From contig JAAYUI010000012.1 of assembly GCA_012517765.1 (NCBI GenBank), positions 17,180 through 81,179 of the forward strand: 64,000 nucleotides of DNA, read 5' to 3'. The position numbers and the translations under genes were made by a program. Shown piece after piece: positions 62,918 to 64,000 of the stretch. Each line of letters starts with the position of its first letter. Position 1 is the stretch's first letter. Below the pieces are notes generated by a model. That model was not told where the DNA came from and did no database searches. It was given only the letters and a program-made list of their open reading frames with translations. Origin of the DNA: Caldisericales bacterium. Lineage in GTDB: Bacteria; Caldisericota; Caldisericia; JAAYUI01.

Positions 62918-63970
62918 CTATTTTCCCCCGTCCTGTTTTTGTTGCTGTGCTGGCGCTTCTTTTTTAAGGTATTTCTGGCTCATGTTGACTTTATTGATGT
63001 ATTCGACCGGGTCTATAGGCCTATTGTTGATTGTTATTTCAAAATGGATGTGCGGGCCAGTTGAGGTGCCAGTTGAGCCTACATAGCCTATCAGGTCACC
63101 TCTCTTGATCATGTCGCCTTCCTTTACAACAATCTCATCGCAGTGGGCATACCTTGAGAGAATTCCACCTTCGTCCTTACGATGGAGAACATCTATGCAG
63201 AGGCCATAGCCACCGTACCAGTTTGATCTTGTCACAATACCATCGGCAACTGCATAAATAGGCTCTCCAAGCTTGCCTTCGATATCAATCCCGGTATGGT
63301 AATCAAATGTTCCCCATATCGGGTGGATCCTGTAACCAAATGCAGGATCATGGTTTCTTGTTTCACCGTCCGGGACCGGATAGCAATTCGGGGTGTGGGT
63401 CCTGAGCCAGTAAAGATTGTCTGTTATGCGCTCTGCCTGGGCAAAAATGTGTGTGGTGCTGTCAATTTTCTGGAGTATAGTTGCGGCTTTGGCAGAAATT
63501 GTGGAGCCCTGGCCTGAAAGCTGGGGGGCCGTGGCAAGTTCACGGTATGGTTTTGAATTGAAGATCTCCTTGAGGGTCTTGTATTGCGGGGCTATTTCGT
63601 CCTTTTCCCTGATTACTTTGTCTTTTGACTCAAGCTGTTTTGCGGCCTCGAGAAGTTGCGTCGCCGATTCGGAATATATCATCTCTTCAGACTTTACATA
63701 GGCAATCTGCTCCGAGAGCAGGTAGGAGAGTCTTCCAGTGCCAGTGGACATAAGCATGTTGAACTCATGGACCCTGGTTGGATATGAAACGGCAACAAAA
63801 TTGACGAGCATACACAGGAGTGCGGAAAATGTCACAACTCCTCCGTAGATGCCTGCCCACTTCAGGTTGAACGAAAAAACTCCTTTGTGTCCCGGCAACA
63901 AAATCACCGAAAACCGTTTCGTCTGCTTCTGGTTCACACCTAACCTCATCAATGGAATAGCAAAACACAA
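62918..63970 (-). CDS. M23 (LytM-type) metallopeptidase with TM anchor and coiled-coil-like linker
   Basis: 350 aa from TTG 63970; an alternative ATG lies at 63949 (MRLGVNQKQTKRFSVILLP). DPAFGYRIHPIWGTFDYHTGIDIEGKLGEPIYA, GYGLCIDVLH, GSTGTSTGPHIHFE. Confidence 0.9.
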   Translation of the reverse strand: MCFAIPLMRLGVNQKQTKRFSVILLPGHKGVFSFNLKWAGIYGGVVTFSALLCMLVNFVAVSYPTRVHEFNMLMSTGTGRLSYLLSEQIAYVKSEEMIYSESATQLLEAAKQLESKDKVIREKDEIAPQYKTLKEIFNSKPYRELATAPQLSGQGSTISAKAATILQKIDSTTHIFAQAERITDNLYWLRTHTPNCYPVPDGETRNHDPAFGYRIHPIWGTFDYHTGIDIEGKLGEPIYAVADGIVTRSNWYGGYGLCIDVLHRKDEGGILSRYAHCDEIVVKEGDMIKRGDLIGYVGSTGTSTGPHIHFEITINNRPIDPVEYINKVNMSQKYLKKEAPAQQQKQDGGK

Positions 63971-64000
63971 CAGAAGAACTCATTGTTTGGTAATGTTTGA

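Overview
This is a gene-dense 64 kb chromosomal segment with about 55 protein-coding genes. I recognised no rRNA, tRNA, CRISPR array, transposase, integrase or phage genes. It looks like an uncultivated anaerobic, amino-acid-fermenting bacterium with Terrabacteria-type (Firmicutes/Actinobacteria-like) synteny: ftsQ-like/ftsZ/yggS/sepF with no ftsA, followed by alaS, ruvX and mltG.

Housekeeping genes called with confidence are pyrG, uvrA, ahcY, deoB, gdhA, rlmN, alaS, ftsZ, sepF, yggS, ruvX, mltG and rtcB. Catabolic genes are ptb, buk, hutI, ftcD and an Fe-ADH. Between these sit many very large secreted mosaic proteins built from PQQ/BamB-like propellers, copper-amine-oxidase-N-like stalk domains, PEGA, cohesin-like, DUF11 and PKD modules.

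Genes are packed tightly. Many start/stop junctions overlap by 1-4 nt (TTGA, TAATG, TAGTG, ATGA), and three convergent gene pairs overlap at their 3' ends.

The most notable observations are:
- A signal-peptide gene is interrupted by a single in-frame TGA, with a SECIS-like hairpin 9 nt downstream (35905-36435).
- An uncharacterised five-gene operon encodes three paralogous envelope lipoproteins, a butyrate-kinase paralog with degenerate ATP motifs, and a SIMIBI-like P-loop NTPase (38069-41373).
- An operon links three M23 peptidases, a bactofilin and RtcB (59303-63970).
- A 49-codon membrane micro-ORF is translationally coupled to an ABC exporter, upstream of tldD/pmbA.
- A giant protein carries a 7-bladed propeller of an unrecognised 'PHIxW' repeat.
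- One long ORF at the left edge (1-2902, minus strand) is missing from the supplied ORF track because it runs off the window.

All functional calls rest on motif recognition by eye. No database search was run.
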